Shown one piece after another: positions 57,880 through 64,000 of a stretch of 64,000 nucleotides of DNA. Both the position numbers and the translations under genes were made by a program. The notes beneath the pieces are model-generated. The model was not told the DNA's origin. It ran no database searches and was given only the letters and a program-made list of their open reading frames with translations. Position 1 is the stretch's first letter; every line of letters begins with the position of its first letter. The DNA lies in the IMG/VR virus record IMGVR_UViG_3300026078_000017, positions 186,001 through 250,000 of that record. One strand, written 5' to 3'.

Positions 57880-58169
57880 CGTGTGAGTGCAAAAACTGTT
57901 GTTTCGTCCGCAAGCAAGAATTGCCTATGTGGACCTTTGGTGAACGTCCACCGAGGGTTGGTGACCATATCTTTCTTGACACGCCATCCAACATTTTCAG
58001 ACGACACAAGGCATCACACTTGATACTTTCGATTGACGAGCATGAAGATGAGTGGAAAATGTTCAAGTATTTTACACAGACGATTCAATACATGGACGGC
58101 AAGGATTCTAGGTCGCCATTGAATCTCAAAGTCACAGACAGTTATTGGTTGCTTGGAAGTGTGGATTGA
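57876..58169 (+). CDS. Small SH3/KOW-like array protein
   Basis: PPRVGDHI...HLIL; ATGA overlap. Confidence 0.6.
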   Translation: MTCECKNCCFVRKQELPMWTFGERPPRVGDHIFLDTPSNIFRRHKASHLILSIDEHEDEWKMFKYFTQTIQYMDGKDSRSPLNLKVTDSYWLLGSVD

Positions 58170-58177
58170 GGTATACT
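58149..58177 (+). promoter_or_regulatory. Sigma70-type promoter
   Basis: TTGCTT-N17-TATACT; ATG at 58189. Confidence 0.55.
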
Positions 58178-58188
58178 AGGTAATTGCG

Positions 58189-58461
58189 ATGTTTGAGAGA
58201 CCTTTATTTCCTCCTGTGTGTGAGTCTGGCATGTTATATGTGGTAACACACGCCATGCCATTTTACAAAAATTGTTTTGTAAATGTTCCACCTGACCTAT
58301 TGCCAACGATGTTGACTGGTCACAAGGTTTTGCCTCTTGGACCGATTCATGCACTTGAGTACAACTTCCAGCAAATATGGAATTTGACGTCAGGACATAT
58401 TGGGTTTGTGTTTGGTCCAACCACTTATCACTTTAGGAAGCTTGAGGAAGATGGCTTATAA
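58189..58461 (+). CDS. Small SH3/KOW-like array protein
   Basis: ESGMLY...IWNL.SGHIGFV. Confidence 0.55.
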   Translation: MFERPLFPPVCESGMLYVVTHAMPFYKNCFVNVPPDLLPTMLTGHKVLPLGPIHALEYNFQQIWNLTSGHIGFVFGPTTYHFRKLEEDGL

Positions 58462-58711
58462 CGAGCAAAAGCCTGAGGCTGGTGATGTGTGGATTGTCAC
58501 AAAGACAAGTGGCACTTATGTAAGTGTACCTGCCAGCATTTTCGGTTCCAACGAACATCGTGTAGCAAAACATATACCATATGGCACGTATGTTTTGTTT
58601 CTTGAGAATGCACAATTTAAGAATGCAAATGGCACTGCCATTATGGTAAATGGAGAAAAATGTTGGGTATCTCCGTATTATCTTCACGGAATAAGCCCGA
58701 TTCGAGGATGA
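58451..58711 (+). CDS. Small SH3/KOW-like array protein (paralogue of 58715)
   Basis: PEAGDVWIV...IPYGTYVLFLE...KCWV; GAGGA RBS. Confidence 0.65.
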   Translation: MAYNEQKPEAGDVWIVTKTSGTYVSVPASIFGSNEHRVAKHIPYGTYVLFLENAQFKNANGTAIMVNGEKCWVSPYYLHGISPIRG

Positions 58712-58714
58712 CTT

Positions 58715-58978
58715 ATGAGAGGCGCAAAGTTACCAAAAAAGGGTGACATCTGGATTGTCAAGTCACATTCGGTTTATGTGAGGGTTCCAGGCGCGTCACC
58801 TTATGCGGATATCACTACTCGATACGCAATTCCTGTGCCATACGGGTCATACCTCTTATTTCTTGAAGATATGCGGGATTTTCCAGAGCAGGTTGAAGTT
58901 TTGTGGAAAAATCAAAAGTGTTGGATAACATTTAGTTATGTGACTCAACACATGCAAGACATGGAGAGATTGAAGTGA
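58715..58978 (+). CDS. Small SH3/KOW-like array protein (paralogue of 58451)
   Basis: PKKGDIWIV...VPYGSYLLFLE...KCWI. Confidence 0.65.
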   Translation: MRGAKLPKKGDIWIVKSHSVYVRVPGASPYADITTRYAIPVPYGSYLLFLEDMRDFPEQVEVLWKNQKCWITFSYVTQHMQDMERLK

Positions 58979-59289
58979 CGATGACACCAGAAGAAAAAGA
59001 CAACTTGACAAGCGTTTTCTACCTGCTCATGCGGGATTATGTTCCAACTGGCACAATTGCAAAGCTCGTGCAGGACTTGGAGAAACATCCAGGTCCGCAC
59101 GAGTTTACGAGCAAGTATCTTGCGGCTTACGCTGGCGAGCTTGTAGAACGCATCGCTAAGGTGCCGCAAAGCCCTTCTTCCAATAAACCTTCGCCTTCCT
59201 TGGAAAGTCTACGGAAGGAGATTGAGGTTTTGCGGCAGAAGATTGCCGAGATGGGTCCGATTCGGAATGACGGTTTCCAGGACCCGTAA
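58975..59289 (+). CDS. Hypothetical helical protein
   Basis: GTGA overlap; helical, does not carry the array motif. Confidence 0.6.
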   Translation: MTMTPEEKDNLTSVFYLLMRDYVPTGTIAKLVQDLEKHPGPHEFTSKYLAAYAGELVERIAKVPQSPSSNKPSPSLESLRKEIEVLRQKIAEMGPIRNDGFQDP

Positions 59290-59293
59290 ACAC

Positions 59294-59518
59294 TCAGATC
59301 TTATCATGTTGCCAATATTTGGCAATGAGAGAAATAATTTCTTCTTTCTCAACCTGCCCTGTCTTGAGGTTGAGTTTAGTTAGTGTGTAATAATTCCGGC
59401 CATCGGGCTTTTCCACACGTAACACTAAGTGAATGGATTTGGTCTCAAGGTGGGTGATTAGGTCGCCTGGGGACAGGTCAGTGACCAGAATCTCTTTGTA
59501 GTGGGAAAGCCTAGTCAC
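59294..59518 (-). CDS. Small SH3/KOW-like array protein (opposite strand)
   Basis: LSPGDLI...IHLVL...LNL..G. Confidence 0.6.
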   Translation of the reverse strand: MTRLSHYKEILVTDLSPGDLITHLETKSIHLVLRVEKPDGRNYYTLTKLNLKTGQVEKEEIISLIAKYWQHDKI

Positions 59519-59688
59519 GTTGCCGATTCTGCCAGAAGAGCGTGAGCCCTTGCCTGAGAGTCTTCCTGGTACTGACGCTCACGTGAGGAGCTGAACCAGG
59601 TGAGGGATTTCAATCGACTCTGAATCAGGTCATCCTGAGACTTTTCGACGTTGGACTTCTTGCGCTTGGGGTTCTTGTTGGTCGGCAT
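59515..59688 (-). CDS. Small basic protein (57 aa)
   Basis: Manual translation MPTNKNPKRKKSNVEKSQDDLIQSRLKSLTWFSSSRERQYQEDSQARAHALLAESAT*; GTGA overlap; upstream TTGCTC-N16-TAATAT promoter. Confidence 0.6.
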   Translation of the reverse strand: MPTNKNPKRKKSNVEKSQDDLIQSRLKSLTWFSSSRERQYQEDSQARAHALLAESAT

Positions 59689-59712
59689 AAGGAGATATTA
59701 GCAGAAACGACA

Positions 59713-59745
59713 AAGGGAGCAACCTATTTTTGTAGGTGCTCCCTT
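59713..59745. terminator. Intrinsic terminator hairpin
   Basis: AAGGGAGC-a-ACCTAT-tttt-GTAGGT-GCTCCCTT just downstream of the 59751 stop. Confidence 0.7.
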
Positions 59746-59750
59746 CTTAT

Positions 59751-60341
59751 TCAGCGTCGGCAAATCGTTGGTTGTTTCACACGAACCCAATCCTCGTGAG
59801 GATCCAAGGCAAGCAAGGTATCTAGATTCTTGGAACAAACGAACATGGACACCGGCCCAGCCCCTTCACTTTCGCTCAGAAAGTCGTTGTACTCACTTGC
59901 AACCATCCGAGTCCATACGAAACATGCCGGACTATCGAACATGCGTGAAGGCTTGGGCAAGTGATTGAAATTTCGTCCGTTACTGAACGATTGAGTGTGA
60001 GAGAAAAGGGCATTTGCCAGATTCTCCATTTTCCAATCGTCGAACAAATTTGAGAAAAGACGAAAGCCATCCAAAGCATATCGTGATTTCTTGGCGTTTT
60101 CGCTTTTGCCAGTCCAGTAGATTCGATTGACTAGAACCTTACAGATCCGCGTCTGATGAGGCTTAGTGTGAGCTTCTCGAATCAACGATTCGGCTTCTTT
60201 GGCAGAATGGGCAGTAGTATAGTGCTCGTAAATGATCGCATCACGGTGGTTCGTGAAAGACTTCTCGCCACGATGCGAGCCCATGAGATCTTTGCGGGTA
60301 TCATTGCCACGGGCCAAAACCAAAACCTGATAGTCAGCCAT
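59751..60341 (-). CDS. Hypothetical protein (196 aa)
   Basis: GAGGA RBS; followed by a terminator. Confidence 0.65.
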   Translation of the reverse strand: MADYQVLVLARGNDTRKDLMGSHRGEKSFTNHRDAIIYEHYTTAHSAKEAESLIREAHTKPHQTRICKVLVNRIYWTGKSENAKKSRYALDGFRLFSNLFDDWKMENLANALFSHTQSFSNGRNFNHLPKPSRMFDSPACFVWTRMVASEYNDFLSESEGAGPVSMFVCSKNLDTLLALDPHEDWVRVKQPTICRR

Positions 60342-60425
60342 TTTATATCCTCGGTGTTTGTCAGTCGCCCTGTGCTGTTGACAAAGAACGTTTTACCAGA
60401 ATCTCAGAGACGTGCAAGGATTATT

Positions 60426-60752
60426 TTAGCGTCCAACCACTGACACAGGACAACCATGCGTCAAAAGAAAATCTTGACGACGAAGTGGAGAAGTGTGCCA
60501 AAATTCTGTTCGCAATCGAACGATGCAGGAAATCCGGGAAATTGGTTCACGTGAACATAACATTGGCACAACAATTGGCAGACATTGATCAAGCATACGA
60601 TAGCCGTGTGACTGCACGCGGTCTTCACCAGCACCATAAATAGGACCTGACGCAAAAGATCCACGATCAAGTCGAGTCACGTAAACACGCGGTCCACAAC
60701 CGCTTCCAAGACTGCTGAATAGAACCAACAGAACTAACAGAAAACTTTTCAT
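60426..60752 (-). CDS. Putative lipoprotein / secreted Cys-rich small protein
   Basis: MKSFLLVLLVLFSSLGSG-C signal with lipobox-like Cys; upstream TTGACT-N16-TAAAGT promoter. Confidence 0.5.
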   Translation of the reverse strand: MKSFLLVLLVLFSSLGSGCGPRVYVTRLDRGSFASGPIYGAGEDRVQSHGYRMLDQCLPIVVPMLCSREPISRISCIVRLRTEFWHTSPLRRQDFLLTHGCPVSVVGR

Positions 60753-60757
60753 CCTAC

Positions 60758-60816
60758 ACTTTATCACACCTTCCCAATGAGTCAAGGATTGACATTGGCT
60801 TTCTTTCTGCTACTCT
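60758..60816. promoter_or_regulatory. Back-to-back divergent sigma70 promoters
   Basis: GTCAA-gga-TTGAC inverted repeat (60781-60793) supplies both -35 boxes; minus TTGACT-N16-TAAAGT, plus TTGACA-N16-TACTCT. Confidence 0.6.
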
Positions 60817-60825
60817 TCCCAGGTC

Positions 60826-61137
60826 ATGCCTCAGATTTGTGATTTCTCTAGAGAACGTCTTCTGCGTCCACCTCCAATTGGCGCACTTATTGCGTGCGAA
60901 AGAGGTACGAATGCAAATGTAAACCGACCGAGAAAACTCGGTGGACCACACGAGGAATTCTTTTTGGTCCTCAGTGTCAAGATGGACACATACAGCAATA
61001 CCTCGGAGATAGTCAAGAAGTGGTTGATTGACGTCTTGGACTTACAAACCCTAACAACCACATGGATTTGGCCGCGTGAGGACGAGGAAGGAAATCTCAA
61101 GTTCATGAATGCTGATTGGTGGTTGCTGCATGAGTGA
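60826..61137 (+). CDS. Small SH3/KOW-like array protein
   Basis: PPPIGALI...FFLVL...VLDL...W. Confidence 0.6.
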   Translation: MPQICDFSRERLLRPPPIGALIACERGTNANVNRPRKLGGPHEEFFLVLSVKMDTYSNTSEIVKKWLIDVLDLQTLTTTWIWPREDEEGNLKFMNADWWLLHE

Positions 61138-61399
61138 AAAATTCCTTGATTGGGTTGACCTTGACTACACCGACATAACATATCCGCCAAAGGTCGGAGA
61201 CTTCATTTCTCCTAATGAATTTGGGCGTGATGACATTTATATGGTCATCAGAACCGAAAGAATTGACCCTGACTGTTTGCTTGTTGTTTTGTGGGACCTG
61301 AGAAAAAATTGCAAGGCTTTCAATGTTTGGCACTTAATGCCGGACACCAAGAAAGTGCGTTGGCCTTATTCTAGATGGGCGGTTGTTACGCTTCCATGA
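61130..61399 (+). CDS. Small SH3/KOW-like array protein
   Basis: PPKVGDFI...IYMVI...LWDL. Confidence 0.6.
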   Translation: MSEKFLDWVDLDYTDITYPPKVGDFISPNEFGRDDIYMVIRTERIDPDCLLVVLWDLRKNCKAFNVWHLMPDTKKVRWPYSRWAVVTLP

Positions 61400-61626
61400 G
61401 TGAAAAACATTACGACTTTGTTGGAAAATCATATTTGATACCCTTTGGTGTGTCAGTGTTCGGATTTGGCGTTACGAATCCTGGACACAATGAGTGGTTA
61501 AAGCCTGGCACAACATTTCTGGTGCTGAGTGACAGCCAAACAACAGGGGAATATTTTACTGTCTTGCATCTTGGTCTCAGGTATGACATAAGCTATAGTC
61601 GCCTTATGGACTGTCGTGAACTATGA
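61396..61626 (+). CDS. Small SH3/KOW-like array protein
   Basis: FVGKSY...LKPGTTFLVL...FTVLH. Confidence 0.6.
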   Translation: MSEKHYDFVGKSYLIPFGVSVFGFGVTNPGHNEWLKPGTTFLVLSDSQTTGEYFTVLHLGLRYDISYSRLMDCREL

Positions 61627-61952
61627 CTTTCATCAACCTGAAAAATCTTGTGGATGTTCAGCCTGGAACGTTGCTGAAAGCTCGGGGGTGTGAGGGAAGC
61701 TTTGCCTTGGTTCTTGAGCCACCCACACTAAACACAACACAAACAAACAGTGATACTTCTTTTCACCTAAATTGTAACTGTTGGCATATTTCTGAGAAGA
61801 GTCTTTACGGTACGAAAAGACAACCAACCGATTTACCAAAGCCAGATTTTCTCACCATAAAAATGCACTTCTTTCCACATCAGGGATTAAGTCTGGCGAC
61901 ATGTGTCGGATGGGAAATATACGACGGTGAGGACATAAATCATGGAACTTGA
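61623..61952 (+). CDS. Small SH3/KOW-like array protein
   Basis: VQPGTLL...FALVLEPP...CW. Confidence 0.6.
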   Translation: MTFINLKNLVDVQPGTLLKARGCEGSFALVLEPPTLNTTQTNSDTSFHLNCNCWHISEKSLYGTKRQPTDLPKPDFLTIKMHFFPHQGLSLATCVGWEIYDGEDINHGT

Positions 61953-62175
61953 TCGACTACCACAAATCGGCGAGACATGGACGGTCAAGGAAGATCACCA
62001 AGCTTTCGCCATTGACCAAAACTACAAGCCGTGGCGATTTGTACCAGGTATGTATATTCTCTTCCTTGATACAGTCAGGTCACTAGACATAACAGATGAA
62101 TCAACACCCATTCTGTGTCAAGGTGTACGTTATCACATCATGCGACTCTATATCAGGGCCTTAGTACCTCTGTGA
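61942..62175 (+). CDS. Small SH3/KOW-like array protein
   Basis: LPQIGETWTV...VPGMYILFLD. Confidence 0.6.
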   Translation: MELDRLPQIGETWTVKEDHQAFAIDQNYKPWRFVPGMYILFLDTVRSLDITDESTPILCQGVRYHIMRLYIRALVPL

Positions 62176-62182
62176 GACACAA

Positions 62183-62512
62183 ATGGAATTTCATAAATCA
62201 AAAATGATAGAAGTCAAAGTTGGTCAGGTGTATCAAATTCGAGAAGAGACAGATCCGGATCTGTGGTGTCACCTAATGATTTTTCAAGACGAAAGAGATA
62301 GTCAAGGCAACTATCCCCACAAGCACTTGGAATACCCTTCTAAGGTCGTAATAACCCGTGAGAAGCATATTTCAAACGGACGTTGGGTGATTGAGGTTCA
62401 GGTGGCAAATGTCATCTCACCGCTTCTGAGTGACCTGGAAAAACGTTGGATTTGTCGAGAAGGAGATCTCAGAGAAGATACAATTCAACTGGTAGATCAT
62501 GGAACCCCATAA
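62183..62512 (+). CDS. Small SH3/KOW-like array protein
   Basis: VKVGQVYQI...VVIT...WVIEV. Confidence 0.55.
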   Translation: MEFHKSKMIEVKVGQVYQIREETDPDLWCHLMIFQDERDSQGNYPHKHLEYPSKVVITREKHISNGRWVIEVQVANVISPLLSDLEKRWICREGDLREDTIQLVDHGTP

Positions 62513-62789
62513 AAATCATAGACACTATGTGTCAAGGAAAAATCTCCCTAGTGTTGGTGACATAATCCAGTGGGGCGAATGTAAGCCCGGTGAGCATTAT
62601 TTGCTGGTTTTGGAAGAGCCAAAGTTGATACAAGAAGCCAAAGATTTTTCCAGTCCCCTATTAAATGCCATAATAGACACACATTGGCAACTTTTGTGTC
62701 TCGACATTGATTCTGGAACCCTGGCACACAATTGGTTTTGGGATGATGTTATCAGCGACTATGTGTTCATTAGTCGACTTGACCCATGA
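62499..62789 (+). CDS. Small SH3/KOW-like array protein
   Basis: LPSVGDII...YLLVLEEP...LDI.SG. Confidence 0.6.
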   Translation: MEPHKNHRHYVSRKNLPSVGDIIQWGECKPGEHYLLVLEEPKLIQEAKDFSSPLLNAIIDTHWQLLCLDIDSGTLAHNWFWDDVISDYVFISRLDP

Positions 62790-62807
62790 CCAAAGCCATG
62801 CTAGACT
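62779..62807 (+). promoter_or_regulatory. Sigma70-type early promoter
   Basis: TTGACC-N17-TAGACT with TGC; ATG at 62818. Confidence 0.65.
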
Positions 62808-62817
62808 ATTTGGTTCT

Positions 62818-63111
62818 ATGTTTCACAAAGGTACAGTAAAAAAACTGAAACTGCTTAAAGAAGTTCCCAAGAATGGCACGCTTCTTGTTCAGCAGCACAA
62901 CAATGGCAATAATGTGTCGCTTGATTTTTCTCTCTATCTGGTCTTGGATTCTGAGTATATCGCGACTCGACGTGACTGGCGCTTAAATCTATGGTGTATC
63001 ACAGCAGGATATAACACAAGGTGGAATCCTCCGGGCTTTCCAAATGGAAAGCTAAATCTTGACTGGACAACAGGACCCGTTAAGTGGTATGTGTTTAGTG
63101 AGCCCGAATGA
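62818..63111 (+). CDS. Small SH3/KOW-like array protein
   Basis: VPKNGTLL...LYLVL...LWCI; start moved to the ATG after the promoter. Confidence 0.6.
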   Translation: MFHKGTVKKLKLLKEVPKNGTLLVQQHNNGNNVSLDFSLYLVLDSEYIATRRDWRLNLWCITAGYNTRWNPPGFPNGKLNLDWTTGPVKWYVFSEPE

Positions 63112-63413
63112 CACGTCAGAAGAAAGTCAAGCATTTACCTGGCAAGATTCTTGAAATGCGTGCCAATGGATGTGTGATGTATTTTTTCTCAGATGAAGAC
63201 AATAATACTTCCAACCTCAAACACCTTCACAAGGGAAATCTCTTTATGATACTTGACACGGTCAAGTCAGAGGATGTTCCAGGCGAAGCCTGGCAAAAAA
63301 GCAACCCTCAAGAAAAGTGGTGTCGAGTTTGGCACTTCAAGTCTAATCTGATTGGATACATTGCCCTAGAGGACATAATCGTCTTCACAGAAGAAACTCG
63401 GTGGTTGACATGA
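63108..63413 (+). CDS. Small SH3/KOW-like array protein
   Basis: LPGKIL...LHKGNLFMILD...RVWHF...IGYI. Confidence 0.6.
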   Translation: MTRQKKVKHLPGKILEMRANGCVMYFFSDEDNNTSNLKHLHKGNLFMILDTVKSEDVPGEAWQKSNPQEKWCRVWHFKSNLIGYIALEDIIVFTEETRWLT

Positions 63414-63622
63414 GCACTATTCTGCGAACAGGAGACATTATCCGTTATCGGCCAGCAGCCCTTGGTACAGTATCCTTGGTTTTGACAGAACCAATTTTGG
63501 TAAACAGTCGTTGTTGGCGTGTTAAAACGTGGGACCTAACCCGAAATGAACTGTCGGGTGCAGTCTTTTACACAATCAAGAACAATGCCGATCCCAACTG
63601 GGAAGTTATTTACCACATATGA
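63410..63622 (+). CDS. Small SH3/KOW-like array protein (paralogue of 63619)
   Basis: LRTGDIIRYR...LVLTEP...TWDL...DPNWEVI. Confidence 0.65.
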   Translation: MSTILRTGDIIRYRPAALGTVSLVLTEPILVNSRCWRVKTWDLTRNELSGAVFYTIKNNADPNWEVIYHI

Positions 63623-63978
63623 CCAAAGGTGACAACAGGTATTTGCCAGAAGTAGGTGACTTGATCCGTTACCGTCGTCAGGAGTTTATCGAAGGTTTGC
63701 ACCTGGTTCTTTCTACTCCAGAAAAAGCCAGAAATTCAGCTTATGCCATGTATGTGGGTGGCGTGCCTGTGCATATGGACTCTTGGGTTGTGTCAGTTTG
63801 GGAATTGACTGGAATGTGTGAAAGCGGTGCAAGCTTTCAGAAGATCAACAGTCCAGATCCCAATTGGGAAATCGTCCTCAAGTTCAAGCCATCACACACG
63901 AGTCACCAGACACAGGTGCAAGGTGCAAGTATTCCGGAATGTCCTGATTGCTCAGGAAGTACACCAGACCGTCTGTAA
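63619..63978 (+). CDS. Small SH3/KOW-like array protein (paralogue of 63410)
   Basis: LPEVGDLIRYR...LVLSTP...VWEL...DPNWEIV; C-terminal CPDC. Confidence 0.65.
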   Translation: MTKGDNRYLPEVGDLIRYRRQEFIEGLHLVLSTPEKARNSAYAMYVGGVPVHMDSWVVSVWELTGMCESGASFQKINSPDPNWEIVLKFKPSHTSHQTQVQGASIPECPDCSGSTPDRL

Positions 63979-64000
63979 GGGCGTTGCGAATCTCTTCCAC

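Noticed and set aside
56262-63978. Diversity-generating retroelement or integron explaining the paralogue array
   Set aside because: No reverse transcriptase, no near-identical TR/VR pair with adenine-specific differences, no integrase; genes overlap, leaving no room for attC sites. Elements outside the window are not excluded.
1-64000. Alternative genetic code (stop-codon recoding)
   Set aside because: Genes tile densely under the standard code with TAA, TGA and TAG all used as coupled stops; no fragmented core genes.
1-64000. Giant eukaryotic virus (NCLDV) origin suggested by the glycosylation genes
   Set aside because: gp25, gp6, gp5-like and sigma genes, sigma70 promoters, operonic overlaps and PhoH indicate a bacteriophage.
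1-64000. tRNA genes and CRISPR arrays
   Set aside because: No cloverleaf or GTTCRA T-loop context and no regularly spaced repeat-spacer array seen by eye; tRNAscan-SE and a CRISPR finder would confirm.

Overview
This is a 64-kb segment of a large contractile-tailed dsDNA bacteriophage (jumbo-type myovirus of a T4-superfamily-like, probably uncultured lineage), read in the standard genetic code. Left to right it holds: (i) a minus-strand baseplate/virion module (1-19.6 kb: gp5-like hub/spike, gp25, gp6/J, DNRLRE- and LamG-domain wedge proteins, FN3-like and other large Ser/Thr-rich proteins; the first ORF runs off the left edge); (ii) a gp55-like late sigma factor; (iii) a 13-kb glycosylation cluster (GT4, GT2-like and GT6 transferases, a single-chain Fcl-Gmd fusion, a PseB/FnlA-type dehydratase, an RmlD-like reductase, two methyltransferases); (iv) a PD-(D/E)XK nuclease, IMPDH/GMP reductase and Prim-Pol; (v) a tail-fibre cassette with a 53-codon GIY-YIG/NUMOD1 remnant; (vi) PIN-PhoH, a GroEL-like protein with a degenerate ATP site, YkgJ and YkuK proteins; (vii) a repeat-rich region at 53.5-56.3 kb where gene orientation and strand composition switch (origin or terminus candidate); (viii) a dense early region of about 20 divergent small proteins sharing a P-x-[VI]-G-D SH3/KOW-like pattern, driven by sigma70 promoters that often fire at or near the start codon. 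The strongest leads are the paralogue array, a small protein carrying a gapless copy of the Gol-peptide segment of T4-type major capsid proteins, and a possible virion O-glycosylation system ([ST]-G-S motif enrichment next to an ABO-like GT6 and GDP-fucose pathway). All family assignments come from motif recognition by eye; no database searches were run.
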